64,000 bases of DNA from the human T2T-CHM13v2.0 reference genome, Homo sapiens, in NCBI RefSeq assembly GCF_009914755.1, contig NC_060940.1. One strand, written 5' to 3'. Each line of letters starts with the position of its first letter. Within the stretch, counting starts at the first letter, position 1. Positions 41,914 to 55,945 of this stretch are shown here, piece by piece. The position numbers and the translations under genes are program-made. The notes under the pieces are model-generated. The model was not told the origin of the DNA, made no database searches, and worked only from the letters and a program-made list of their open reading frames with translations.

Positions 41914-42238
41914 CACCGTGTCTTGAAATGTCTAGGCCACATTTCTACAAACAGCACATCACAGATTCTTTTTCTTCTAGTTCAATGCCCAGTTCTGCCT
42001 CTAGCCATTCGCAGCAGTGCACGTGTTCTAAGTTGTGTTAACAGCTGGAGATGGATCTTTACTGCTCCACACCCAGGCTCCCATTCGTTCTGGGGTGTCC
42101 ACCTGTGTGTATCTGGGGCGGCAGGTGCAGGCAGTGGAAGGTGGTGGAGAGGGAGGGAACTAACCCTATTATTAACCTGCGAAGCACCAGGGACTGTGCA
42201 AAGGCACTGGGTGTTAATTATCTCATTGAATCTTCTTA

Positions 42239-42725
42239 TATTTTTAACTTTTATTTTAGTTTCAGGGGTACATGTGCAGGTCTGTTATATGGGTAAATGC
42301 TGTGTCACGGGGGTTTGGTGTACAGGGTAATCCATCACCCGGACAATAAGCATAGCACCTGATAGTTTTTTGGTCCTTACCCTCCTCCCACCCCCCACCC
42401 TCAGGGAGGCCCCTGTGTCTATTGTTCCCTTCTTTGTGTCATTGTGTATTCAATGTTTGGCTCCCATTTACAAGTGAAAACATGTGGTGTTTGATTTTCT
42501 GTTCCTGCATTAGTTTGCTTAGGATAATGGCCTCTAGCTCCATCCATGTTGCTGCAAAAGACATGATCTTGTTCATTTTTATGACTGTGTAGTAGTTCAT
42601 GGTGTATACGTGCCATATTTTCTTTATCTAGTCTACCACTGATGGGCCTCTAGGTTGATTCCATGTCTTTGCTATGTGAATAGTTCCGCGATGAATATAC
42701 GTGCACATGTGTCTTTAGGGTACAA
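42239..42725 (-). mobile_element. 5'-truncated older L1PA (PA15/16-like) inserted in a MIR
   Basis: GTTTCAGGGGTACATGTGCAGG..CTCCCATTTACAAGTGAAAACATG; degenerate TSD TCATTGAA..TCTTA at 42223-42238 and 42726-42741. Confidence 0.9.
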
Positions 42726-43219
42726 TCATTGAAGCCTCTTAACAATTCTGGGTTCAAACCTTTCATCCACTAAAGCAGAATCTGTTCTCTGCCGTCTTTG
42801 CAACCGCATCCCCTGTACTCTCAAGGGTCATCAACCCTTAGCCAAGTTTAAAACAATCACAATTTCAAATTTCCTTCTCATGATCCCGTCCCTCGCTTCC
42901 CCAAACCTCTACCATTTACCTATAAGAGCACCCTGTCGAGCCTTAATATCACCCTCAGAAAGATTTAAGGCAGACCTACAAGGTTCCCTGGACTCCTGGT
43001 CTGACCACCACTTCTTACCACCACTACCTGCCAAAGGGACCTCCCAAAAGTGAGGCATAATTTACAACTTTCCCCTAAAAGACCATTAGACTCAATATCA
43101 TCATATTTCAAAATCCCCATTTATTTCCATTTACCTGTTAGTCCCAGGCTTTCAATCATCCATATGTTCCCAGATGCTTATCCTTCATGGCTGTGTGCTC
43201 CTAATCTGACCCAACCTTC

Positions 43220-44260
43220 CATCCATTCCTAACCTCCCAAATCCTTATCCTACGTCCTGTGGGACTCCTGTTCTGTCATCACCAAAACTCCCTCTCCCTG
43301 AACCTCCCCTCTACACGTTCTGGCGACTGTTTTGCCCCAGTATTCTCTGGAGGCCACTGCTTTCTCTGAGGCCCCTTCAGTGGTGAGCTTTGTTACTTCC
43401 ACATCCCAAATACCATAGTGCCAGGAAGTGGGTGGATGTCTTCATCACCTCCCGTTACTGCTTCCAGGCTACTGTTCTCCAAAGCCTCCTTTGAGGCACA
43501 TCCCATCACACTGTGCACTGAATCCTCCTCCTCATCGCAGCCATTGATCACCTTGCATAGCACATCTGCTGACTCATGGAATCTTTTAATGCCTGACTCA
43601 CCGTCTTTGTCTCCATCCCTGCTTGCCATTACTCTTGATGACTTCAGTATCCATAGACAATCCATCAAATGTGCTGGCCTCTCTGCTGCTTGACTTGCTC
43701 ACTTCTCATGACCCTTTTTCCTACCCTTTCTAGGTCCCCACTGTACTGGTCACACCCTGGACCTTGTCATCACCAGCAACGTCATCACTTCTAAAATGCT
43801 CTTTTAGAAGCATCCCTCTCTTTTTAAACTTTCTATCTTCCCAGCTTACTCTTTCTAGTTTTCCAATTTCAATAAGTCTTCATCTTCCCTTGGCGGGGGG
43901 GGGGGGTCCTCATCCCCTTTTTATGCCCATCCTCTGCCTCATGTTTTGCTTCCGTTCTTACACAGTTTAGATTCCAGGGTTCATAACTAAAACTAAAACT
44001 CGTGCATACTCTCAGCCTCCTTGATCATCAAAACCCTAAGTTGCTCAATCAAAACCCTAACTGATCTTGCTCATCAAAACCCTACGTCTGATAAACTAAT
44101 TTGTTTCCTAATCTGCAGATGAGCATCAGAACGTGCTGAAGAAAACCGCACAGCCAGGCTGCCTGACCTCACTTTAAATGTATGACCACAAGTGTCACGT
44201 GGACCCTCAGCCCTGCCTAGCAATCCCCACCACACCATGCTAGGCAGCCCCTAAGGAGTC
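43220..44260 (+). mobile_element. L2 internal (ORF2 endonuclease) fossil
   Basis: Translates to ITLDDFSIH (cf. the APE motif GDFNIH) and GHTLDLVIT; disrupted by stops and frameshifts. Confidence 0.8.
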
Positions 44261-44580
44261 TTGTCACCCACTGTCTCCCCTGTCTCCAGCCCACCACACA
44301 CACTACTGACAGTTTTATCCCTTTGAAACATGACTGTGTTCTCAGAGCTTCCCCAACCGGGAGGCTGGGCACATCGTAGGGCCTTGGCAAATATTTGATA
44401 TGTAAGTAATTAAATGAATCACACTAAATAAAGGTCAACTTTTTTTTTCATTTTAACAGTCAAAATCCTCTGCAGCTTGGTTCAGCCACATCTCCTATAT
44501 GGGGCCTCTTAACCCCTTCAAATTAGTCTATCAGTTCTATCAGGTCTACAAACAGACTACAGTATCCCGAAATATGATCG

Positions 44581-44650
44581 ATTCGATGGAATCATGCAAA
44601 CTTGCCAATATATGACTGCTCTGACCTACAAAACAGCAATTTCACATGCA
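44581..44650. mobile_element. MADE2-like mariner MITE remnant
   Basis: TTGCCAATATATGACTGCTCTGACCTACAAAACAGCAATTTCACATG resembles MADE2. Confidence 0.6.
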
Positions 44651-44728
44651 CCCCCACCCCTGCCAATATATGTTTCTGCCTCTCTGATTTTGCTTAAGCC
44701 ATTTTAAATGCCAGATTATCTTTCTGGG

Positions 44729-45146
44729 TGATATAGTTTGGATGTGTGTCCCTGCTCAAATCTCATGCTGAAATGTAATCCCCAGTGTTATAGGAGGGGC
44801 CTGGTGGAGATGAGTGACTCATGGGGCGGATTTCTCATGAATGGTTTAGCACCATCCGCTTGGTGCTGTCCTCGCCATAGTGGATGAGTTCTTGCAAGAT
44901 CTGATCGTTTAAAAAATGTGTGGCACCTACCCCCTTGCTCTCTTCCTCCTGCCTTCGCCACGTGATGTGTCTGTTTCCCTTGGCCTTCCACCATCATTGT
45001 AAACTTCCAGAAGCCTCCTCAGAAGCAGATCCCAGTGCTATGCTTCATGTACAGCCTGCAGAACTGTGAGCCAATTAAACTTCTTTTCTTTTAAACTACC
45101 CAGTCTCAGGTATTTCTTTATAGCAATGTGAGAATGGACCAATACA
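44729..45146 (+). mobile_element. MSTA solo LTR
   Basis: TGATATAGTTTGGATG start; GATTTCTCATGAATGGTTTAGCACCATCC; AATACA end. Confidence 0.93.
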
Positions 45147-45199
45147 CTTCAGGCCATCCAACTTGGGCTTCAGAATCTGATTTTAAGTCTCATCTCTTC

Positions 45200-45450
45200 C
45201 AAAGAGGCTCTGAATGTAGAGCTTTTCTCCTGCCCTCCCAAAGCACTGTGCAACTTTTTCTTCTTCACCTGCTCTCCTCTGCCTTGTAATGAAGTTGTTT
45301 GTGCCTATCTCTCTTCTCTCATTATCTCCTCCAGTTGTGAGTGAACTCCTTGAAGACACCATCTTGTCTTATTCATCTTTGAGTCCCTCACAGGTTCTAT
45401 TACGAAGCTCTACACAGAGGAGCTGCTCAACAGGTATTTGTTAAATGAAC
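45200..45450 (+). mobile_element. L2 3' end
   Basis: GTGAACTCCTTGAAGAC..TGTCTTATTCATCTTTG..GCTCAACAGGTATTTGTTAAATGAA. Confidence 0.75.
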
Positions 45451-46357
45451 TCAAATAGTGGTTAATTGTTCCAAGCATGTAACCTTATATTCTATCATCT
45501 AACAGTGGGAGAAATAGGTGTATAAAGTCTATTTCGTCTTTTTGTTCCACAACAATTTTAAAGTACTAATATATTTTTCTATTAGACGTTTTGCCACCTC
45601 ACCAATAGTAGGAGAGAAAATTCACTGGGCTGGGAGCGGGTTGCTTATTCAACCATTGAGATAAGCCAACTAATCAACCATGAAGAGTAGGAGGCCTATG
45701 GTAATATTTATCCTGGCAGGATGTTCTCCTGGTCATTTCCAGACATGAACTGACATACAAGGGCTTAGGACTTTGGATATTCCACAAATAAAGCCTTTCT
45801 TTGGGGCATCAGCGGCTCCTTCATTTGGTCTAAACAATAGGTGAAAGAAAGGTAGCAGCTGATGCTTCAGCTGCTGACGATGATGACAAAAACGATAATG
45901 GCGTTTATATGATTCAGCAGTGCTCGACAAACCCAGCAAATTACTTGTAAAGTTGGCAGTCAGGGCTGTCAATGAGAGAGTCACCTTTGGGCCAGAAAGC
46001 AGCAGCCACATTTGCATAAAAAGAGAGAGCTCCTAGCACCTGACAGCTCAGAGGGAGGTGAGCAAGTAGAACTCTGGGATCAGGGAGACTCACGGAGGTA
46101 ACAGGCTTACGTTGCAGTAGGGAAGACTGATGCTCAGAAACAAGGAAGAACTTCCGGAGAACTAGGGTCTTAGCAGAGGAAGAGGTGCTCAGAGGAGGTT
46201 ATTGAACTTGCTCATAAGAGTTAAAGCAGCATGGTGTTGGTGCCTGAATAAACAGACCACTGGAATAGAGCAGACAGTCTGGGAATACAGCCAAGTGTAT
46301 ATGAAAATTTAGGACATAATAAAGGTGGCACTGGCAGTCACTGGGGTGCAGATGATC

Positions 46358-46678
46358 TTATTTATTTATTTACTTATTCAGAAACAGGTCTTGCTCTGTC
46401 ACCCAGGCTGGAGTGCAGTGGCACGATGATCATGGCTCACCGCAGCCTTGCTGGGCTCAAGCAATCCTCCCACCTCAGCCTCCTGAGTAGCTGGGATTAT
46501 AGGTGCATGCCATCACGTCCAGCTACTTTGGTTTTTTTGTGTGTGTGTTTTTTGATTTTGTAGAGACGAAGTCTCACCATGTTGCCTAGGCTGGCCTTGA
46601 ACTCCTGGGCACAAGTAACACTCTCACTTCGGCCTCCTAAAGTGCTGGGATTATAGGCGTGAGCCACCGTGCCTGGCT
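46358..46678 (-). mobile_element. AluJ
   Basis: (TTTA)n tail; GCTCAAGCAATCCTCCCACCTCAGCC. Confidence 0.92.
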
Positions 46679-47063
46679 GATCTTTTTACTTGGTGGTGCT
46701 AGGACGACTGGCTAGACAGTTTTTTGATATAGTTAGTAAAGTTAGTTCTATCCCTCCAACCACAAAAAAGACTGTCTTCCAAAGTGGATCAAAGAGCTAC
46801 ATGAATAAATGAACCCTACAAGTACTGGAAAAAAACATGGGTGAATTCTTGGGTGTGAAGAAATGACTTCTAACTTGAGTCAATATCCACAGTCAATAGA
46901 AGATTGATAAATTTGATTATATAACATTTAAAAAATTGCATGAAAAAAACATCATAAGCAAAATCAAAAGATGCGTGACAAACAGGAGAAAACTGTTTGC
47001 AATTTGTATCACCGGCCAAAGGCTAATTTCTGAAATATACAAAGTCTTCTTAAAAATTGAGGG

Positions 47064-48102
<1,039 letters not shown>

Positions 48103-49445
48103 AAAAACTACCTTGAAATATTATTTCTCACCTATTAGACTCATAAATATTAGAAAGCTTGATACATTCTGCTGGTGAGGCTAGGGGGAAACAGGCCTTT
48201 TCATAACTTGTTAGAGGGAATGCAAATCGGTACAATAGTTAAGGATGGGGTCTTTGCAAAAGCTAACAAAACTACGTATTTGTACACCTAGTGACCCAGG
48301 AATGTCACGTTTAGGAATTCACCTAGGTAATTTATCCTGAAGACACCTGTCCAACAATATAATACATATTCACATGGCTACATACTGAAGCATGGTTCAC
48401 AATGGAGATATTGGAAACAATCTCAATGGCCACGAATAGAAGACTGGTTGGATAAACGATGGTGCAATCAGACAGTGCGGTACTATTCGGCTGGAGAAGA
48501 ATGAGGAAGAGCTCCAGGAGTCGATGAGGAATGATTTCCAGGATGTGTTGAGGGAAGAAAACGGGTGCAAAAGATCATTTCTAGTATTCTCTATTTTTTA
48601 TAAGAAAGAAGAGGAAATAAACTATACAAGTATCTACCTATTTTAACAAAAGGAAACATTGGGAAGAAAATCAGAAATGGAAGAGATTGGTTTCCTGCAA
48701 GAGGTGGGTAGGTACAGGTGGGAGGGCTAGGAAGGAAAGTGGCACTTCTCTGAATTTGCCTTTTTACTTAATTTTGACTTTTATGATCATGCTAATGTTT
48801 TATATATGCAAAAAATCCACAGGGATGGGGAGAACACCCCTAATAGAAACAAATGAACCAAAAAGTATTTCAAATGAGCAACACAGTGACACTGTGTGGG
48901 GGCTGGGGAACTGGCCCAAGTGACCTTCCAACAGAGAGTTCTGACCAGGTACCCTCAGTCTAAATACTAAACAAAATATTGAAGTCTAGTTAGCAGGTAT
49001 GTTTTTCACAGTGCTATGCATGAACAATTCCAAAACAACTTCCTATGTATCTCAGGATTGAACAAATGAATGAATATATTGAGAAACATGAGAGCTAGGT
49101 ATCTAGTTTCTTTTAGTGAAGACATGTTTTTTTCTTTTTCTTTTTTTTCCCCTAAATATACAGGAAGGGGAAAGCTAAAATGTTGTAGGACTGAAATGGA
49201 AAGTATCAGTATGTTTCATATATATGTGTGTGTGTATGTATGCATATATACATTCTGTCCATTAAAAGAGTCTTGAATTAATGATATCCCAGTAGCCCTG
49301 ATGCTCAGATCTTTCAAATTCTCTTCTTCACCAAAAGAATCCAGGACTCTTTGGAGAGATGGCTGAATTCCAGCTCAGGTAAGTTATAGCTGATCCTGAA
49401 CATCTTGCTCCATAAAACAAGAAAGTGCTCAAAGCATGAAGAGGA

Positions 49446-49738
49446 GGCCACATGCGGTGGCTCACACCTGTAATCTCAGCTCTTTGGGAGGCCGAGGTGG
49501 GAGGAATGCTTGATCCCAGGAGTTTGAGACCAGTCTGGGCAACATGGCAAGACCCCATCTCTCTAAAACATTTAAGAAGTTAGCTGGGCATGATGGTGCC
49601 TATCTGTAATCTTGGCTACTCAGGAAGCTGAAGTGGGAAGAATGCTTGAGCCCAGGAGTTAACGTGAGCCATGATAATGCCACTGCACTCCAGCCTGGGC
49701 AACAGAGTGAGATCCCATCTCTAAAGCAACAACAACAA
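49446..49738 (+). mobile_element. AluJ
   Basis: GGGAGGAATGCTTGATCCCAGGAGTTTGAG; GAGCCATGATAATGCC; (AAC)n tail. Confidence 0.92.
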
Positions 49739-51187
49739 GACATGTGAAAAGAACAGAAAGGGCTCCTGTTGTCCAACTCTGGGACAATTTGGGTATCAAA
49801 ATAAATCATGATGGTAATGGATTACAATCCCTTGAATAATCCATCAGAATCCATGAATTCCTACTAATATAAATGGATGCATAAATATATCATTAATGGA
49901 GAGAAGGGAAAGTTCTTTCTTGCAGTAGAATTTGACTCATAAATGTGAAATGATGGAATTAGAAAATCACTGGGCAAACATCACAGTAATAACTGGTTCA
50001 AATAAGAAGTGCCCATGGATGCTAAAACTAGTAGGTGAATGTTTGATGAAGATCAGGATATTTATGTCACTTCAAAATATCTCTCCACAATTTCTTATTA
50101 GTTGCAAATGGAAAAATAGCAACCTTATAATGGAGAAACCTGGCACATAGCACCTCAGCCAAGTCATTAAAGATAACATCACAAATAATGGCACTGACCC
50201 AAAATCATATCCTCTGACTTCCTCACTGAGGAAGACACAGCATCACTTCTGGGGTGTTTCTGCCAAAAATTCATCACCTAGATCTAATCATAAGGAAACA
50301 TCAGACAAACCCAAATTGAGTAACCTTCTACAAAATAAATGGTCTGTACTCTTCAAAAATGTCAAGGTTAAAGAAAGCAAAAGAATGGGTGAAGATAAAG
50401 AATGAGGAATTGTTCTGGTTTGAAAGAAACTAGAGAGATGTGACAACGAAAGGCAATATGTGTTTCCGGATAAAGCACATTCTTGGAAGGATGGAAAAAA
50501 TTTGAATTTGGACTGTGGATTCATTGATGGTATTGTATAAATGTTCAATTTTCTGATTTAGATAATTGTACTGTGATTAGGTAAAACAATGTTCTTGTTC
50601 TTAGGAAACATACACCAACATGTTTAGGGATAAGGAAGCACAAAGCCAGCAATTTATTCTCAAATGACTGAGAAAAATTATATATCTACAGAGAGAGACA
50701 GAGAGAGAGAGAGAGACAGACAGACTGACAGGGAGACAGGGACATGGGGAAGAGGAGAAAAGGCATGAATGGTAAGGGAATGGGACAAAATGTAAACTGC
50801 TGGGGAAGCTCGATGAAGAGTATGTCAGTAATTTTTCTACTAGCTGCTTTTTGTAACTTTGACAATAAAAATGAAAAGTCAAGAAAGCATTGCTCACAGA
50901 TCTTTGAGAGTGGGCAACTGCTACATCTCAGTTTTGACACCTGCTTGTGAATCTGGGGAGCTGCAGAGAGAACCTGGGTCCCTTGGGCCTTTGTTTTTCA
51001 AGCTGCACCAACTTGCCCTGTATCCCTTGTCCTGTTCATGGAACTTCTCAGCCTTACTCAGCTTAAAGGGGTTGAATGTGAATGGTTTGGAGCAAAATCT
51101 TTTCCTAGTTAAAAGCATTTTTTTTCATAGCCCTGGATTTAAATCTTTTTATACGGAAATATTATCCAATTAGACACAGCTATTTTC

Positions 51188-51776
51188 TTTTATTTTCAGA
51201 CAATAAAAAGTCTTATTTTGTTATTTCTTTTTAAAATTAATTTGAGTTTTTAAGTTCCAGGGAACATGTGCAGGATGTGCAGGTTTGTTACATAGGTAAA
51301 CGTGTGTCATGGTGGTTTGGGGCACCTACCAACCCATCACCTAGGTATTAAGCCCAGCATGCATCAGTTATTTTTCCTGATGCTCTCCCTCCCCCCACCC
51401 CACCCCCCGACAGGCCCCAGTATGTGTTGTTCCCCTCCCTGCGTACATGTGTTCTCACTCTTCAGCTCCTACTTATAAGTTAGAACATGCAGTGTTTCTT
51501 TTTCTGTTCCTGCGTTAGTTTGCTGAGGATAATGGCTTCCAGCTCCATCCATGTCCCTGCGAGGACATGATCTCGTTCCTTTTTATGGCTGCATCATATT
51601 CCATGGTGTATATGTACCACATTTTCTTTATCCGCTTTATCACTGATGGGCATTTGGGTTGATTCCATGTCTTGGATATTGTGAGTAGTGCTGCAATGAA
51701 CATACAGTTGCATGTATCTCTGTAACAGAATGACTTATATTCCTTTGGGTATATACACCCAGTAATGGGATGGCTG
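51188..51776 (-). mobile_element. 5'-truncated L1PA (PA8-10-like) with 16-bp TSD
   Basis: ACATGTGCAGGATGTGCAGGTTTGTTACATAGG; ORF2 C-terminus MFIAALLTISKTWNQPKCPS; TSD AGACA/CCAGCTATTTTC at 51172-51187 and 51777-51792. Confidence 0.93.
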
Positions 51777-52133
51777 AGACCCAGCTATTTTCAATATGAC
51801 GTTGATCTGTGAGTGAGAAGTCCTCTTCTCACCTGTGGTGCTTGGTGGTGCTCGGTGACACCAGCCCAGGGCCCTGCTTCCCTAGGGCACAGATGGGTCC
51901 CTGACTCAGCTGTGGCCAGAATTTAGAACATGTTGGTTCTGGGTTGTGAAACTAAGCCATAAAGACGCTGGGATTCTCTACCTTCTGGGCTATGTATTAT
52001 TCCTTGGGGAGGGCTCCCAGGCCAGAATGAGGGAGCTGTCCCTCTGAGACCCTTCTCATCCTTGGGTTATTTCCCCCAAGGCTCAGCGACCCTGCACCTT
52101 TTGATCAGCCCCTCTCCTGGCTGTGAGTGTTGA

Positions 52134-52793
<660 letters not shown>

Positions 52794-52939
52794 TGAGAAT
52801 GGGGACCACAGACCTAGCCAAAGAGACCTGTGACCTAAAGAGGCCAAGGAAGAGGAGACTTCTCTCCTCCCTAAACCATGAAGTTAACTATTTACCACTG
52901 TTGTAATTATCCTTATTATTTCACTTAAGAATGATAATG

Positions 52940-53110
52940 ATGATTCCAATTAATCTTCATGTTCACTATAAGGAGGTATGGTCATTCCTGTGTTACAAGG
53001 GGAGGAAATTGAAGCTCAGAGCCATAAAATAACCAGCAAGGATCCTGGAACTGCTAGGTGCCTGAACCCAGATTCAAATCTAGGTCTCTGTGATGCCAGA
53101 GCCATATAGA
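52940..53110 (-). mobile_element. MIR
   Basis: GAGGAAATTGAAGCTCAGAG..GATTCAAATCTAGGTCTCTGTGATGCCAGAGCC. Confidence 0.75.
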
Positions 53111-55595
53111 AGACACACAAATAAATATTTGCTCCTTCAAATGACTGCAAAGTCTATGTTTACACAGTTAAGTCCCCAATTCATGTCATCCCAAACAAAC
53201 TTCTTCCATCTGATTCTACTTCCTGACACAGCAGGGCCCACAATCGCAACCATTCCTTTTACTGGGAGTATCCTCAGCCCGGAGGGAATTGCTACCTTTT
53301 CTTAGCTCCATTGCTGTCTGCTCTCCAGGCCTGGATGCCCCGTAACAGGTATTCCTGCAGCCCACAATGGTGTCCAGCTTTGTTGGGATACCCAGTCGTG
53401 GAAACACACTTTGTGATATCAGCATCTGTTCCATCTGGGGCATCAGGGACTCAGCCTGTTCCTCACCCATAACCTCCTTGCCCAGTGGGTGTCTCTGCAC
53501 CGTCCTCACCCTTCTCAGAGGTAGATAGCAGCAACCAGGAGCAGGGAGGCTCAGTGAGAGAGAAAGTCATTGGTATTGGCAGGTGGCTGAGGCTTGACTT
53601 GGAGCTATCAGCTGTGTTTAAGCATGACTGCTATGGTAACACATTTGCGCTGAGAACTACACTCTCTATTTGTCTGTTACAGTAGTTAATTTCATCTGTT
53701 TTGCAGAAATATTTACTAAGGGTGAGTGATGGAGGCAGGCAGCTGTGGCTGCATCCACTGTAACCATATGGTTTATTTACAACCAGAGCTCCATGGTGCA
53801 GATAGCTCAAAGAGGATTAAATTATACTTTGTAGATTAAAGTCCTGAACACTATAAAACTCATAAGCCTTTGTATGCTAAGCAAGAACTTTGATTCCCAT
53901 TGGACATGAAGCTGATATTTTGCACACACAGAAAGAGTGAAAACTTTTGATATTTAAGTATTTTCTTAAAAAGCTGGCAGAATATCAAGCTTGTTCCTTA
54001 GGCAGTTGACTGGTTAAAGGGGAAAAAAGCAGCTTCACAAATACCTTTTAAAGGAACTGTGTGACCTGCTTCATTCTCACTATAAACAAGGCCTCTCCAT
54101 CTCTGTTTACTAATCTTCTTGAACTTGGGCAGGCCGACTGCTTAAAAGGAAACTGCCTCCAACCAGCCAAAGCCACGGTTTATTTTTCTGCTGGCCACCA
54201 AGACATACTCCATGTAATTACATCCGAAGCACTCGGCTTCTCCAAGTTTACTTAACATTGGTGAGAAAATAAGTCCTAAGGAAAAGCCTAGCATTGTTGG
54301 AATCTTCCATGCAACTGGGAGCAGCTCCGTTAAGTCTCCCTGCGATGGGTTGTTAATCACCTCTCTGGCAAGGGTCCTTCACCTTTGGGGTGGGTCATTT
54401 GTCCTCCTCCCAGCCCCCCAACCCCAGCCTCCATCCTCTTCAGACCCTGAAAGAATTCCGTTCAATATAGCCTTCTCATTCATCTTTAAAGTTTCACTCT
54501 CTGTCACCTTCCACTTGAAGCCGTGTTTGATGTTTCCACGGGCGTTTCTACTGATGGGCTTCACCCGGAGAGCTTTGTCGTTGACTTTGAGACTCTGGCG
54601 TTCAGAGGATGGACTGATCTTCGCAGGTGTTATTTTCTGCACACGGTGCAATTAGCCACACAAGCCCAATTGGCACAAGCAACACACTCACACGTTCTTT
54701 GCACTGAACCCTTGGTGCTCATTTGGGAGGCTCTTGTGGGACCCACATTCCCGGTTAAAGACGGGAAAGTTCCTTGTGGATGACCAACCCTCACCAAGAT
54801 AGGTGTAGAGGCAAATTCAGCCTGCCAGAAGCCCAGGGACTTCTCATTCATTGGAGGCAAGTCTTATGTGCCTATGTAGGGAATCAGATACCGTCTTGTG
54901 GCATTTCAGTACCTTGGTTCGGTGGAAAATCAATGACTTCATTAAAACACAGTGGGAAAATATACTTTTAAAAGAATTTGGAGCAAGAATGGGGATGGTT
55001 TTATTATCCTGGGGGTCCACAGGAACTTGTGTGTCTCAGCCTTCTTTTGGGGGCATCAATTAATAACAGATCAAAACAGAACAGATTCCCAAGGAGTATT
55101 TTTCACACTTTCCCACTCAGGGATCTCCCGAGGGATCTCTTGTGTCTTCCTGCTACCTCTAGACTTTTGTTCTGCCACAGCAAAGGTATCAAACATCTTA
55201 AAATCTGGAAAGGAGGCCGGGCAAAGGCTTGGAAGGCAACAATCCCCGGGAATTCCCCCAGCTGCTTGTCACACACCATCCTCACACCCTTCCCCTGGAG
55301 TCACACTGCAACCCTGACACCTAGTTGGAGATTGATCACCTGATCAGAAGAATTACCTCTAACCAAGTGCACAGTCAGCAGCCTCATGCAGGATTTGTGA
55401 GATCCCATACAGTGTTTAGTGTGCTCTCGTAGGAGGTGTTAGTAGCAGTTGTGTGAATAAAAGGTGATTGTAACTGTACCCTTTCATTGGGGTGATCTTG
55501 TTTAATTTTCACAATCATTTCAAGAGATAAGGAGTACAGATGTTATCAGTTTTTGTAAGTGAGGAAGCTTGGGTAGAGAGCTTGTCTATCGCTTT

Positions 55596-55945
55596 ACCTC
55601 TCTCTCTCCCTTACTTCCTCCCTCCCTTCCTCCCTTCCTCCCTCCCTCCCTCCCTCCCTCTCTCCCTCCTTCCCTCTCTCCCTCCTTCCCTCTCTCCCTC
55701 TCCCTTCCTTCCCTCCCTCCCTCCCTCCTTCCTCCCTCTTTTTTCCCTCTCTTCCTTCCTTGTTCCCTCTTCCCTCCCTCCCTCCCTCTCTCCCTCCTTC
55801 CCTCCCTCCCTCCTTCCCTCCCTTTCTCCCTTCCTTCCTTCTTCCCTCCCTCTCTTCCTTTCTTCCCCCTCCTCTCTTCTTTATTCCCCTTCTTCTTCCC
55901 TCCCTTCCCCTCCTTTTTCCTTTCCTCTCCTTTTCCCCCCTTTCC
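55596..55945. repeat. (CCCT/CCTT)n polypyrimidine tract
   Basis: About 350 bp of almost purely C/T. Confidence 0.96.

Noticed and set aside
40361-42041. Paralogous-looking peptides (ISFLPRSLLFYLSSA; QET.SAL.AEGSG.LCLP) on opposite strands
   Set aside because: They only reflect the IR2 arms. The same applies to IR1 (TAENIPLLIY). There is no evidence of coding.
44021-44085. AAACCCTAA telomere-like or telo-box-like motif
   Set aside because: Not a (TTAGGG)n array; it derives from L2 sequence by slippage.
49338-49384. Strong CAG|GTAAGT donor with a nearby acceptor (another such donor near 39968)
   Set aside because: Both lie inside old LINE sequence and are expected by chance, with no further support.
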